From: an uncultured Bacilli bacterium
GTDB lineage: Bacteria; Bacillota_I; Bacilli_A; RF39; UBA660
Length of the DNA: 64,000 nucleotides
Assembly: GCA_934162325.1 (NCBI GenBank)
Contig: CAKPIH010000001.1
Coordinates: 4,490-68,489 of the forward strand
Direction: 5' to 3'
The position numbers and the translations under genes were made by a program. Every line of letters begins with the position of its first letter. Positions within the stretch are counted from its first letter, which is position 1. Positions 1 through 8,724 of this stretch are shown here, piece by piece. A model generated the notes under the pieces. It was not told the DNA's origin and did not search any database. It saw nothing but the letters and a program-made list of their open reading frames with translations.

Positions 1-265
1 TCTAGTTTAGGATTCCCCTACCATAATTTGGGTTTCTCGCTTGTGGGGTTTACCTCGTTTCATTCTACTTATTTCTAAATAGACTCGTCTCTGTGGCACT
101 TTTACACATCCTTTATCATAGTTACCCTTAGATAAAAGATAAGCCGTCAGTTACCTGCCTTAGGTTATTTTTTCCCTAAGCACAAACACTACTATCATCG
201 CAGATAGTGCGAGCATGGACTTTCCTCTACATATCAAGTATGCAGCATTTACCCAGATATATTAT
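1..265 (-). ncRNA. rnpB: RNase P RNA (type B), 3' part lies beyond the window start
   Basis: The minus strand reads ...GUAGAGGAAAGUCCAUGCUCGCAC...AAGUGCCACAGAGACGAG...GGUAAACCCCACAAGCGAGAAACCCAAAUUAUGGUAGGGGAAUCC. This matches the conserved P4/P10-P12 blocks of Bacillus-type RNase P RNA. Location downstream of gpsB matches B. subtilis. Confidence 0.85.
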
Positions 266-588
266 TGTTGTTCTTTACCTAATATGATTTTCTCAAGTTG
301 AGATATTCTTCTTAATAAATCAACATTAGTAATTTCTTTTTCACCTATTCTAGCAGCTTCTATACTAGATTTTAAATTTCTTACTTCATTTTTCAAAACA
401 GTATTTTCTTGAGCCAATTCTCTTTTTTCTTTTTCTAGACTCTTAATAATATTATTATATTCATTGTAATCTTTAATAATAACATCTAGAAATTTATCAA
501 CTTCTTGAAGTCTATATCCTCTAGCATCAATTTTGAACTCTTTCTCCAAAATATCTTGCATTGTCAAAGTAATTCTATCATTATACAT
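262..588 (-). CDS. gpsB: Cell-cycle protein GpsB (DivIVA-domain)
   Basis: 108 aa. N-terminal LTMQDILEKEFK..GYR..EVDKFLD DivIVA motif followed by a coiled coil. Sits immediately upstream of rnpB as in Bacillus. Confidence 0.8.
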   Translation of the reverse strand: MYNDRITLTMQDILEKEFKIDARGYRLQEVDKFLDVIIKDYNEYNNIIKSLEKEKRELAQENTVLKNEVRNLKSSIEAARIGEKEITNVDLLRRISQLEKIILGKEQQ

Positions 589-719
589 ATCTAATCACCT
601 CTACAATAAAATTATCTCAAAAAATACATCTTTTGTCAATTAAAAAGAAATCTTTTCAAAAATCAAATATATTTTATCACAATTTAAATATAATGTCAAA
701 AAAAGAAGTAAAAATTTTA

Positions 720-2198
720 TTAGTACTTTTTACCACTTTTCTTCTCCTCTTCTTTTCTCATTCTTTCTATGTAATATTCATATATATATTTAGATAATTC
801 TATAATATCTTTTGTTAAATCATCTATTTCTCCTATTACATTACTTAAACCCTCTTTTTGAATTCTATTAATATTCTTCATAACAATATTTTTATTTTCT
901 AATGAAATGCTATCAATAATATCAACCATTCTCTTACTATTTTCATCTAATCCACTAATAACTACAGAACCAAGCCATTCTTTAGGTACAATAAGTCCAA
1001 GTTTATTTCTAACACCGTTATCTCTAGTAAAACCATCTAATTCTTTATTAAGTAATAACTTAGATATAGCAAAAACACATTGATCATCATCATACTTTTC
1101 TTTAGTTAAAGAAATACATTCTTCTAGTGTCTTATCTCCAATATCAATAATAGTTAGTTTAAGTTCATAAGGACTAAACTCTCTCACAATAATATCTCTT
1201 ATTAAATCTCTTCTAGTAAATATATCAGCATTTCCATTCTTACAGTAATCCATTAATAATCTATGTACATAATCAATATCATAATAATTAGAAAGTCTAT
1301 AAATTACATATAATAATTTTTCCTTATTTTCGTAGAAGACAGAATTACCACCAATATTCTCTCCTTTTTTAACTTGAATACCTTCTAAATTTGCTTTATT
1401 TAAAGTACCATCAAGATTACCAATTATTACATCAGCAATCTTTATAAAATCCCCTTCTTTTTTATAATCAATATTATAGTTATCATGTAAATATTCTGAA
1501 TCATTAATACAAAGTAATACTTCTCTTTTAATAAAATTAACAAAATCTTCCATCGTACTCTTATCTAAAGAATTACTATTTTTCTTAGTATTAAAATAAC
1601 TATTCATAAGTAATGATAAAGTTTTATTATAAGACAAAGTACCATCATATGTCATTCCGACTTTACCATTACTAAGTATATATGGATTATAACTAACTAA
1701 AGAATTATAGTCTAATGAATTAACAAACTTACTTACCTTTTCTGCTTCTTCCATAGTACTTACTCTAACTACTAAAACATCATTACGCATCTCTTTAGCT
1801 ATTTTACTCTGAGTAATAATATTTTCATCTATCATATAATTAAATACTAAACTAGTAACATTATATAAATTCTTTATATCACAAGCAATATATAATTTAA
1901 TAGAAGTATTCATTTTATCATAAAAAGTTTTATCATCATAACTACCCCTATTCTCAATAGCAAAGAAATAGCCATTACTAAAACATTTAATCTTATCCTT
2001 CTTTCTAAAATCATTGCTTAATTGAGCTTGAATATTTATTAAATTATCATTACTAATTCTCATTTGCTTACCATCTTGAACATTAAATAAACTAAGTTCA
2101 TAATAAATAGTATCAGGAGTTACTTTAAAATTAGGATTTTGCATATAAATTTTCTTTATATGTTCAAAAAATAATTCTCTCTCTTCAATCTTACTCAT
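720..2198 (-). CDS. Hypothetical 492-aa protein with no recognisable family
   Basis: Long clean ORF. Its ATG overlaps the stop of the upstream 50-aa ORF in an ATGAGTAA arrangement. Cytoplasmic, with no TM segment and no metal-binding Cys cluster. Confidence 0.55.
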   Translation of the reverse strand: MSKIEERELFFEHIKKIYMQNPNFKVTPDTIYYELSLFNVQDGKQMRISNDNLINIQAQLSNDFRKKDKIKCFSNGYFFAIENRGSYDDKTFYDKMNTSIKLYIACDIKNLYNVTSLVFNYMIDENIITQSKIAKEMRNDVLVVRVSTMEEAEKVSKFVNSLDYNSLVSYNPYILSNGKVGMTYDGTLSYNKTLSLLMNSYFNTKKNSNSLDKSTMEDFVNFIKREVLLCINDSEYLHDNYNIDYKKEGDFIKIADVIIGNLDGTLNKANLEGIQVKKGENIGGNSVFYENKEKLLYVIYRLSNYYDIDYVHRLLMDYCKNGNADIFTRRDLIRDIIVREFSPYELKLTIIDIGDKTLEECISLTKEKYDDDQCVFAISKLLLNKELDGFTRDNGVRNKLGLIVPKEWLGSVVISGLDENSKRMVDIIDSISLENKNIVMKNINRIQKEGLSNVIGEIDDLTKDIIELSKYIYEYYIERMRKEEEKKSGKKY

Positions 2199-2343
2199 CT
2201 TTTTTAATTTCCTTTACTAAGTCATCTAATTCTACAGTATCATCTAAAAATAATCTCATACTATTATCATCAATTTCTTCTTTAGATAGTTTACTAATCG
2301 TCTTTACTTTTTTACCATCTATCATAATTTCTACTTCTTCCAT
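2191..2343 (-). CDS. Small acidic 50-aa protein (MEEVEIMIDGKKVKTISKLSKEEIDD...), translationally coupled
   Basis: A GGTGAGGAG SD sits inside the nifJ 3' end and the ATG lies 2 nt after the nifJ stop. Its own stop overlaps the start of the 492-aa ORF. Absent from the ORF track because it is short. Confidence 0.4.
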   Translation of the reverse strand: MEEVEIMIDGKKVKTISKLSKEEIDDNSMRLFLDDTVELDDLVKEIKKDE

Positions 2344-2345
2344 AA

Positions 2346-5300
2346 CTACTCCTCACCTATTCTTTTATAATAATTAAATCTATTCATCGCCCACTTTTTT
2401 TGTTCTTCAAGGATCATATTAGCATTATCACTATTAACATTCTTTAAATTAGCAAATCTATTCTCTGTCATTAAGTAATCTTCATATTTATTAAAATCAG
2501 GATTTTTAGAATCAAGTATTAACTTACCTGTACTAGGATTATATCTAAAAGTAATAAAGTATCCACACTCTGTAGCCAAATAAGCATTAGATTGTGAGTG
2601 TTCCATACCACTCTTAATACCATGTTCAATACAAGGACTATAACATATTATAATTGATGGTCCATCATAACTACTAGCCTCTTTTAAAGCTTTAAGATAT
2701 TGTTCACTATTATAACCAATATTACAACTAGCAACATATACATGTGGGTAACACATAGCAATTCTAGCCAAATCTTTCTTATAATTATTCTTGCCACTTG
2801 AAGCAAATGATGCTGTAGCTCCATAATTAGAACTCTTTGAAGCTTGACCACCAGTATTAGAATAAACTTCTGTATCTAGTACCATAATATTAATATTATC
2901 ATTCTTTGATAAAACATGATCTATACCATCATATCCAATATCATAGGCAAATCCATCTCCTCCTACTATCCACATAGATTTAGGAACTATATAGTCTTTC
3001 ATATCATTTAAATAAGGATGTTTCTTATAATCAATCTCTTTATATACTTCTTTACATATATCATAATTATTCATATTATTAAGCCATTTTTTAAATACCT
3101 TATTTCTAGGATACTCCTTCATGTATTTCTTAATCTTATCTCTCTTCATATTAATACCATTTAGAATACCATATCCATATTCAGCATTATCTTCAAATAA
3201 AGAACTAGCCCAAGGTATACTATATGGAAAACTAGGAGTACTACCACCATATATAGATGAACAGCCAGTAGCATTAGCAATGACCAAGTTATCATTAAAT
3301 ACTCTAGTTAAATTAGTTAAATAAGGAGTCTCTCCACATCCTGCACATGCTCCAGAATATTCAAATTTAGGAGTTCTAAAACTAATATTTCTACTAGTTA
3401 AAATATTACTATCATACTTATCATTAATATTATTCTTAAGTAAATAATCAAATTCTTTATCATGTCTCTTATTAGATACCATTTCTAGTGCCTTCTTACC
3501 CATCTTACCAGGACAAGTAACCGCACATAATCCACACCCTGTACATTCTTCATAATTAATACCAATAGCAAAATTAACATCTTTAGGCATAATTGAAGGA
3601 ATAGACTCTATCTTTTTATCATCCTTATCAAGTAAGAACGGTCTAATAACACCATGTGGACAAGCAAAAGCACATTTATTACATTCAGAACAATTTTCAG
3701 GTATCCAGTTAGGAATCGACTCAGCAATATTTCTCTTTTCATTCTTAGTAGTACCACCTTCAAAGACACCATTAGATACATCTAAGAAACTACTAACAGG
3801 AAGTGTATCTCCCTTAAGTAAATTAATTGTTTCATTAAAGTTTAATTTCTTATTATCACTATATTCTAAGTTTACCCAAGAACTATCAATACTAACTCTC
3901 TTCAAATACTTAAGAGAATTATCAACTACTTTATTATTAATATCAATAATCTTTTTACCTTTACTACTAAATCTACTCTTAATATTCTCTTTCATAATAC
4001 TAATAACTTTATTAATATTATAAATATCCATAATCTTAAAAATGCAAACTTCCATTGAAGTATTAATCTTATTCTTAAGACCCATTTCACCTGCTATTTT
4101 ATAAGCATCTATTATATAAACATTAACATTTTTAAGAGCAAGTAAATATTTAACTTTATTAGGTAAACTTCTAATTAAATCATCACTACTTAAATTAGTA
4201 TTCAAAAGAAGTGTACCACCCTCTCTAATATTATCAAGAATATCATACTTATACATATAAGAATCTTTAGATACTACAATAAAATTAGGATTATCAACAT
4301 AATAACTACTCCTAATAGGAGTATCTCCTATTCTAATATGACTTCTAGTAACACCACCACTCTTCTTAGAATCATATTGAAAATAACCTTGAACATACTT
4401 CTTAGTATTATCCCCAATAATTCTAAGAATATCTTTTGAAGTAGATACCATACCATCAGAACCATATCCATATATAAGCATTTCATAATTATTATTATCA
4501 AGTCTATAACTATTATCAATATCTAAACTTAAATTAGTAACATCATCATTAATACCAATAGTAAAATTACTCTTCATATCACCACTTAAATTATCATATA
4601 CACTCTTAATCATAGCGGGTGTTGTGTTCTTAGAAGATAATCCATATCTACCACCAATAATTTTAATATCTCTATCTTTTAAGGCATTAACAACATCTAA
4701 ATATAAAGGTTCTCCACTACTACCAGCCTCTTTAGTTCTATCTAGTACTGCAATTTTTTTAACACTAGAAGGAATAATTGAAGATAAATAACTATTACTA
4801 AATGGTCTATATAAATGAACAGTAACTAAGCCTACTTTCTTCCCTTTCTTATTAAGGTCATCCACTACTTCCTTGATACATTCACATACTGAACCCATAG
4901 CAATAATAACTGTATCACTAGACTTATCTCCATAATAATTAAATGGTTTATAATCAGTTTTACATATCTTATTAATCTTATCCATATAATAAATAACATT
5001 ATCTATAGCTTTAGTATAATAACCATTTCTTGATTCCGTATGCTGAAAATAAACATCCTCATTCTCAGCAGTTCCTCTAGTAGTAGCTCCACTTATCATA
5101 CCATTATCTCTAAACTTTCTAAGAGCTTTCTTATCAATTAAAGTTTCTAATTTACTAAGATCAATTTCTTTTACTTTATCAATTTCATGACTAGTTCTAA
5201 AGCCATCAAAAAAGTTAATAAAAGGAAGTGAAGACTTAATACTAGCTAAATGACTAACCATAGCCATATGATAAGCTTCTTCCACTGAAGAAGATGAAAG

Positions 5301-5714
5301 CATACAAGCACCAGTTTGTCTAACTGCATATATATCTTGATGATCACCAAAAATACTAAGACTATGCGTAGATAAGCTTCTAGCAGCTACATGAATAACT
5401 CCCGGAAGCATTTCTCCAGCCATTTTATATATACTAGGAATCATTAAAAGTAACCCTTGACTAGCAGTATAAGTAGTAGCAAGTACTCCTGCTTGTAGTG
5501 CCCCATGAACAGTGGCAATAGCTCCTTTCTCAGATTCCATTTCAATTACCTTAACTTTATTACCCCAGAAATTAATTTCTCCCTTACTTGCTAAAACATC
5601 AACCTTCTCCGCCATAGGAGACGCTGGTGTAATTGGATAAATACCTGCTATTTCAGTAAATTTATAACTAACTCTACTAACAGCTTCATTAGCATCCATT
5701 GTTTTATAACCCAT
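2346..5714 (-). CDS. nifJ: Pyruvate:ferredoxin (flavodoxin) oxidoreductase, PFOR
   Basis: N-terminus MGYKTMDANEA..YPITPASPM. Two CxxCxxCxxxCP ferredoxin motifs and a TPP domain GGDGFAYDIGYDGIDH. About 1120 aa. Start chosen at M24 of the track ORF because it has a GAAGGA SD. Confidence 0.95.
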   Translation of the reverse strand: MGYKTMDANEAVSRVSYKFTEIAGIYPITPASPMAEKVDVLASKGEINFWGNKVKVIEMESEKGAIATVHGALQAGVLATTYTASQGLLLMIPSIYKMAGEMLPGVIHVAARSLSTHSLSIFGDHQDIYAVRQTGACMLSSSSVEEAYHMAMVSHLASIKSSLPFINFFDGFRTSHEIDKVKEIDLSKLETLIDKKALRKFRDNGMISGATTRGTAENEDVYFQHTESRNGYYTKAIDNVIYYMDKINKICKTDYKPFNYYGDKSSDTVIIAMGSVCECIKEVVDDLNKKGKKVGLVTVHLYRPFSNSYLSSIIPSSVKKIAVLDRTKEAGSSGEPLYLDVVNALKDRDIKIIGGRYGLSSKNTTPAMIKSVYDNLSGDMKSNFTIGINDDVTNLSLDIDNSYRLDNNNYEMLIYGYGSDGMVSTSKDILRIIGDNTKKYVQGYFQYDSKKSGGVTRSHIRIGDTPIRSSYYVDNPNFIVVSKDSYMYKYDILDNIREGGTLLLNTNLSSDDLIRSLPNKVKYLLALKNVNVYIIDAYKIAGEMGLKNKINTSMEVCIFKIMDIYNINKVISIMKENIKSRFSSKGKKIIDINNKVVDNSLKYLKRVSIDSSWVNLEYSDNKKLNFNETINLLKGDTLPVSSFLDVSNGVFEGGTTKNEKRNIAESIPNWIPENCSECNKCAFACPHGVIRPFLLDKDDKKIESIPSIMPKDVNFAIGINYEECTGCGLCAVTCPGKMGKKALEMVSNKRHDKEFDYLLKNNINDKYDSNILTSRNISFRTPKFEYSGACAGCGETPYLTNLTRVFNDNLVIANATGCSSIYGGSTPSFPYSIPWASSLFEDNAEYGYGILNGINMKRDKIKKYMKEYPRNKVFKKWLNNMNNYDICKEVYKEIDYKKHPYLNDMKDYIVPKSMWIVGGDGFAYDIGYDGIDHVLSKNDNINIMVLDTEVYSNTGGQASKSSNYGATASFASSGKNNYKKDLARIAMCYPHVYVASCNIGYNSEQYLKALKEASSYDGPSIIICYSPCIEHGIKSGMEHSQSNAYLATECGYFITFRYNPSTGKLILDSKNPDFNKYEDYLMTENRFANLKNVNSDNANMILEEQKKWAMNRFNYYKRIGEE

Positions 5715-5792
5715 AATATTCCTTCTTTCTCTTCTATCATATTTACTAGTTATAATTTTATCACAATTTAGCTCAAATAACAACCTCCTAGT

Positions 5793-5832
5793 AAAGAAAA
5801 ACTCTCTAGAAAGAGAGTAATATTATTTTTTT
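5793..5832. terminator. Hairpin ACTCTC-TAGAAA-GAGAGT flanked by A/T runs; direct-repeat copy 1
   Basis: The sequence aaagaaaaactctctagaaagagagtaatattattttttt is nearly identical to 7776-7814. On the minus strand it reads as hairpin plus U-run downstream of the RloB gene. Confidence 0.4.
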
Positions 5833-5837
5833 GTAGG

Positions 5838-5891
5838 CCTCTATAGCCTATAGTCTATAGAGGTAAAGTTAAGCCTAGCTAGTCTTAACTT
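5838..5891. repeat. Tandem-hairpin element with AGCC-N-AGTCT loops (instance 1)
   Basis: Hairpin cctctatag[cctatagt]ctatagagg followed by aagttaag[cctagctagt]cttaactt. The same loop motif recurs in six other intergenic elements. Confidence 0.5.
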
Positions 5892-5940
5892 AAGTATCAA
5901 CCATACATATTATATATAAGCATTAACTATTTACCAATAA

Positions 5941-6498
5941 TTAACATATATCAAATATATCTTTTAATAGTACATCATAATTAGTACTTCTAAGAGATTT
6001 ATCATCTTTAGATAAATACTTATTAACTAATTCAAACATCATAATTAATTCTTCTTTACTAATACTATCCATAATCTTCTTAATTTGTTTATCATTCTTA
6101 TCATATGAAGAAAAATTATAAATATCTTCAATTACTTTTTTAGTTTTATTATTAATTAATTTAGCTTTTTTAATTTTACATAAAATAAATAAAAGTTCAA
6201 TATCAGGATTAATAAAATAAATATCTTCCTTTTTTATACTAACACCTGCATCCTTAAATGTTTTAATAATATCACTAATGCTAGTAGTACCATCTAAATC
6301 ATACATAACTTTAACATCATTAAAGTTCTTTCTCTTTTCTTTTCTATACATAAAAGGAATTCTATTATCACCATGTGCTTCTACTCTACTTAAATCATAC
6401 TTTATATCAAATATACTTTCTAATTTATCAAAGAAATATCTTTCAGATTTTCCTTCATAAATAACAGTTACTCTTGGCTTAAAGTTATTCCTCTTCAT
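5941..6498 (-). CDS. RloB-like Toprim-fold protein (AbiLii/OLD C-terminal-like)
   Basis: 185 aa. N-terminal VTVIYEGKSERYFF block with conserved Glu and a later MYDLDG (DxD) block, as in RloB/DUF4276 Toprim proteins. Overlaps the upstream ATPase gene by 14 nt. Confidence 0.6.
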   Translation of the reverse strand: MKRNNFKPRVTVIYEGKSERYFFDKLESIFDIKYDLSRVEAHGDNRIPFMYRKEKRKNFNDVKVMYDLDGTTSISDIIKTFKDAGVSIKKEDIYFINPDIELLFILCKIKKAKLINNKTKKVIEDIYNFSSYDKNDKQIKKIMDSISKEELIMMFELVNKYLSKDDKSLRSTNYDVLLKDIFDIC

Positions 6499-7657
6499 AG
6501 AAGTCCTTTTCTATATCAATCTTAGGTAAAGCACCAAACATCCCCTTTAAATATCCCTTAAGAATATCATTCCTAATAGAAGTACTCTCATGATTTTTAA
6601 ATTCATCTAAAGAATAAAAGTAAACATCATCTTCATCTTTATAAGTAAACCAAACCTGATCCTTTCTAAACATGTATCTGCAGTCTAAAAGCATCAAATC
6701 ATGAGAAGTAACCACTAATTGCATATTAGTATTATTTTCATTATTAAATAAATTTAATATTTCTTTAACCAAAAGAGTATGAAGACTACTATCTATCTCA
6801 TCTATAAAAATAATACCTCCTGTTTTTCTTAAATTAATTATTTTAACAATATAATATAAAAACATTTTAGTACCTTTAGAATCACTAATAACCGAAGGCA
6901 TTGACTTAATTCTATTATTCATTTTATAAGAAGATACAATTTTAAACTTGTTATATTTATCATCATTTATTCTAACATCATCTATTTTAAGATTATCAAT
7001 ACTAATATCAGCATCTTTAATTATATTATTAAGTATTTTCTTTTCTTCATTTGTATAATTTAAAATAATACTATATATTTCATCCATATCATACCCATCA
7101 TCAATAATTATCATCTTATCAAAAAAATCTTTTATTGCATCAGAATATTTTTTACTATTACCAGGAAGCATAGTAACAATTAACTTTTCTGGATAACTTT
7201 CTTGTATATTAATCATAGACATTATTTCCTCATTATCTGAAGTAGCGCTATTATCAAAAATAACTTTATTATTCACCTTTAATATTTCTTTAGTAATTTT
7301 TTTCTCAATTCCAAAAGATAAAGCATAATCATAAATATCATTATCACTAATAAAACTTATATGATAATCCAACTTTTTATCTTCATTAAAAAAATTATAT
7401 ACAATTTCTAAAGCATAATTATTAGCATAATGATTAACACTTCCATCTTTTATCATTTCTTTAAGTGAAGCTACAGCCTCTATAAATGTACTTTTACCAG
7501 TATTATTAGGTCCATATATAATTGAAGATTTCACTATATCCATATTATTAATTTTCCATATATTATCATCATTAACAATTTTTTTATTACCTATCATTGA
7601 AAATTTTATTTCATTTTGAAATACTTTAAAATTTCTAACACTAAAATCAAGTAACAT
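6485..7657 (-). CDS. AAA_15/AAA_21 ABC-like ATPase (RloA/AbiLi/AriA-like)
   Basis: Walker A GPNNTGKST, Walker B IIFIDEIDSSLH and a D-loop/H VVTSHD. Start taken at MLLDFSVRNF, which has a GGAGAGG SD. Confidence 0.7.
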   Translation of the reverse strand: MLLDFSVRNFKVFQNEIKFSMIGNKKIVNDDNIWKINNMDIVKSSIIYGPNNTGKSTFIEAVASLKEMIKDGSVNHYANNYALEIVYNFFNEDKKLDYHISFISDNDIYDYALSFGIEKKITKEILKVNNKVIFDNSATSDNEEIMSMINIQESYPEKLIVTMLPGNSKKYSDAIKDFFDKMIIIDDGYDMDEIYSIILNYTNEEKKILNNIIKDADISIDNLKIDDVRINDDKYNKFKIVSSYKMNNRIKSMPSVISDSKGTKMFLYYIVKIINLRKTGGIIFIDEIDSSLHTLLVKEILNLFNNENNTNMQLVVTSHDLMLLDCRYMFRKDQVWFTYKDEDDVYFYSLDEFKNHESTSIRNDILKGYLKGMFGALPKIDIEKDFYEEE

Positions 7658-7671
7658 ATAATCCTCTCCTT

Positions 7672-7731
7672 CCGTCATTATTGTAACACAATTTATCTTT
7701 TTGTACAATATTTTTGTACAAAATATACAAG
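7672..7731 (-). promoter_or_regulatory. Putative promoter with tandem TTGTACAA palindromes upstream of the ATPase/RloB module
   Basis: Minus-strand reading is TTGTACAAaaatatTGTACAAaaagataaattgTGtTACAAT. A -35 TTGTAC and 17-nt spacer precede an extended -10 TGtTACAAT. The palindromic boxes lie at 7701-7708 and 7714-7721, with degenerate copies at 7681-7688 and 7724-7731. Confidence 0.35.
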
Positions 7732-7775
7732 TTTTACATAATTATTATATTCTAAATTATTAAAATAAATACATA

Positions 7776-7814
7776 AAAAGAAAAAAACTCTCCAAAAGAG
7801 AGTAATATTTTTTA
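7776..7814. terminator. Hairpin ACTCTC-CAAAA-GAGAGT with flanking A/T runs; direct-repeat copy 2
   Basis: The sequence aaaaagaaaaaaactctccaaaagagagtaatattttttat is near-identical to 5793-5832. Reads as an intrinsic terminator for the lipoprotein gene on the minus strand. Confidence 0.45.
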
Positions 7815-7824
7815 TATAAATTAA

Positions 7825-8370
7825 CTATTTACAAGTTAAACCACGATTAGTAAGAGTAGTCTTAAAAGTATTTAAATCTCTATTAATACCAAGATTATTA
7901 ATATCATTATCTGATAAAGTATTTAAATCATAAGTATAAATAACTTTATAATTAGTATCATCATTAACATTAACATCACTAGTAAAACCTTTAATATTAG
8001 TATAAGTACCAAACTTACTATCATGTCTTGTCTTAATACCAGAAATATCAATGATACCATCAGTAATACCATCAACAACGTCATCTAAAACACTACCAAC
8101 AGTACCACCTAGTATACCATCATTATCTTTATTATCATCTTTATCATTAGTAGTTCCATCAGTACCAGTACCTACTCCATCAACATGATTACTTTTATAA
8201 TCATAAGTAGCCTTTATTTTTTTAATATCATTATTTCTATATTCAATAACATATTCAGTCTTAGAAGTAACATCACCTACTGTATTATCATAAGTACAAG
8301 TAAGTTTATCATTAGTTCCACATCCCGATAAAACTGCTACTACTGCAATAAGTAATAAAACTTTCTTCAT
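7825..8370 (-). CDS. Lipoprotein of unknown function
   Basis: Start MKKVLLLIAVVAVLSGCG gives a signal peptide plus lipobox, preceded by an AAAGGAG SD. Asp/Gly/Thr-rich central region. Confidence 0.7.
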   Translation of the reverse strand: MKKVLLLIAVVAVLSGCGTNDKLTCTYDNTVGDVTSKTEYVIEYRNNDIKKIKATYDYKSNHVDGVGTGTDGTTNDKDDNKDNDGILGGTVGSVLDDVVDGITDGIIDISGIKTRHDSKFGTYTNIKGFTSDVNVNDDTNYKVIYTYDLNTLSDNDINNLGINRDLNTFKTTLTNRGLTCK

Positions 8371-8444
8371 AAATACACACTCCTTTCTAGTAATAGTATT
8401 AACCAAAAAGAAATATATATAAGAAAAAAGTATAACCATTTAAG

Positions 8445-8711
8445 TTATACTTCAAAGTATCTAAGAAAAGTTTTAAGATTAGCCATATCTTTACGATACT
8501 TATACATATCACCATAATCTTCACAATATACAAGACAACTTTTTAAAGCTTCAACATACTTAGGATAATCAATATCTGTAACTCCACTAATTATTGTTTC
8601 TTTTAACTTTTTAAAATACTTTTCCCACTCACTAAACATAACTTTTTTAGTATTAAAAATAATACACATATTATCAAAGTATTTAGTAAGTTCAACTTCC
8701 CTTTTATTCAT
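8445..8711 (-). CDS. Hypothetical 88-aa protein
   Basis: AGAGGA SD. Lies 5 nt upstream of the lipoprotein gene and 13 nt downstream of asnS. Confidence 0.5.
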   Translation of the reverse strand: MNKREVELTKYFDNMCIIFNTKKVMFSEWEKYFKKLKETIISGVTDIDYPKYVEALKSCLVYCEDYGDMYKYRKDMANLKTFLRYFEV

Positions 8712-8724
8712 TTTATTCCTCTAA

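Noticed and set aside
3121-3324. 67-aa plus-strand ORF inside nifJ
   Set aside because: Antisense to a confidently called, highly conserved gene. Low-complexity hydrophobic translation typical of AT-rich antisense frames.
4328-4519. 63-aa minus-strand ORF in an alternate frame inside nifJ
   Set aside because: Overlaps nifJ in another frame. Ile/Leu-rich artefact of AT-rich sequence.
6278-6460. 60-aa plus-strand ORF inside the RloB-like gene
   Set aside because: Antisense to the RloB-like gene and has no SD.
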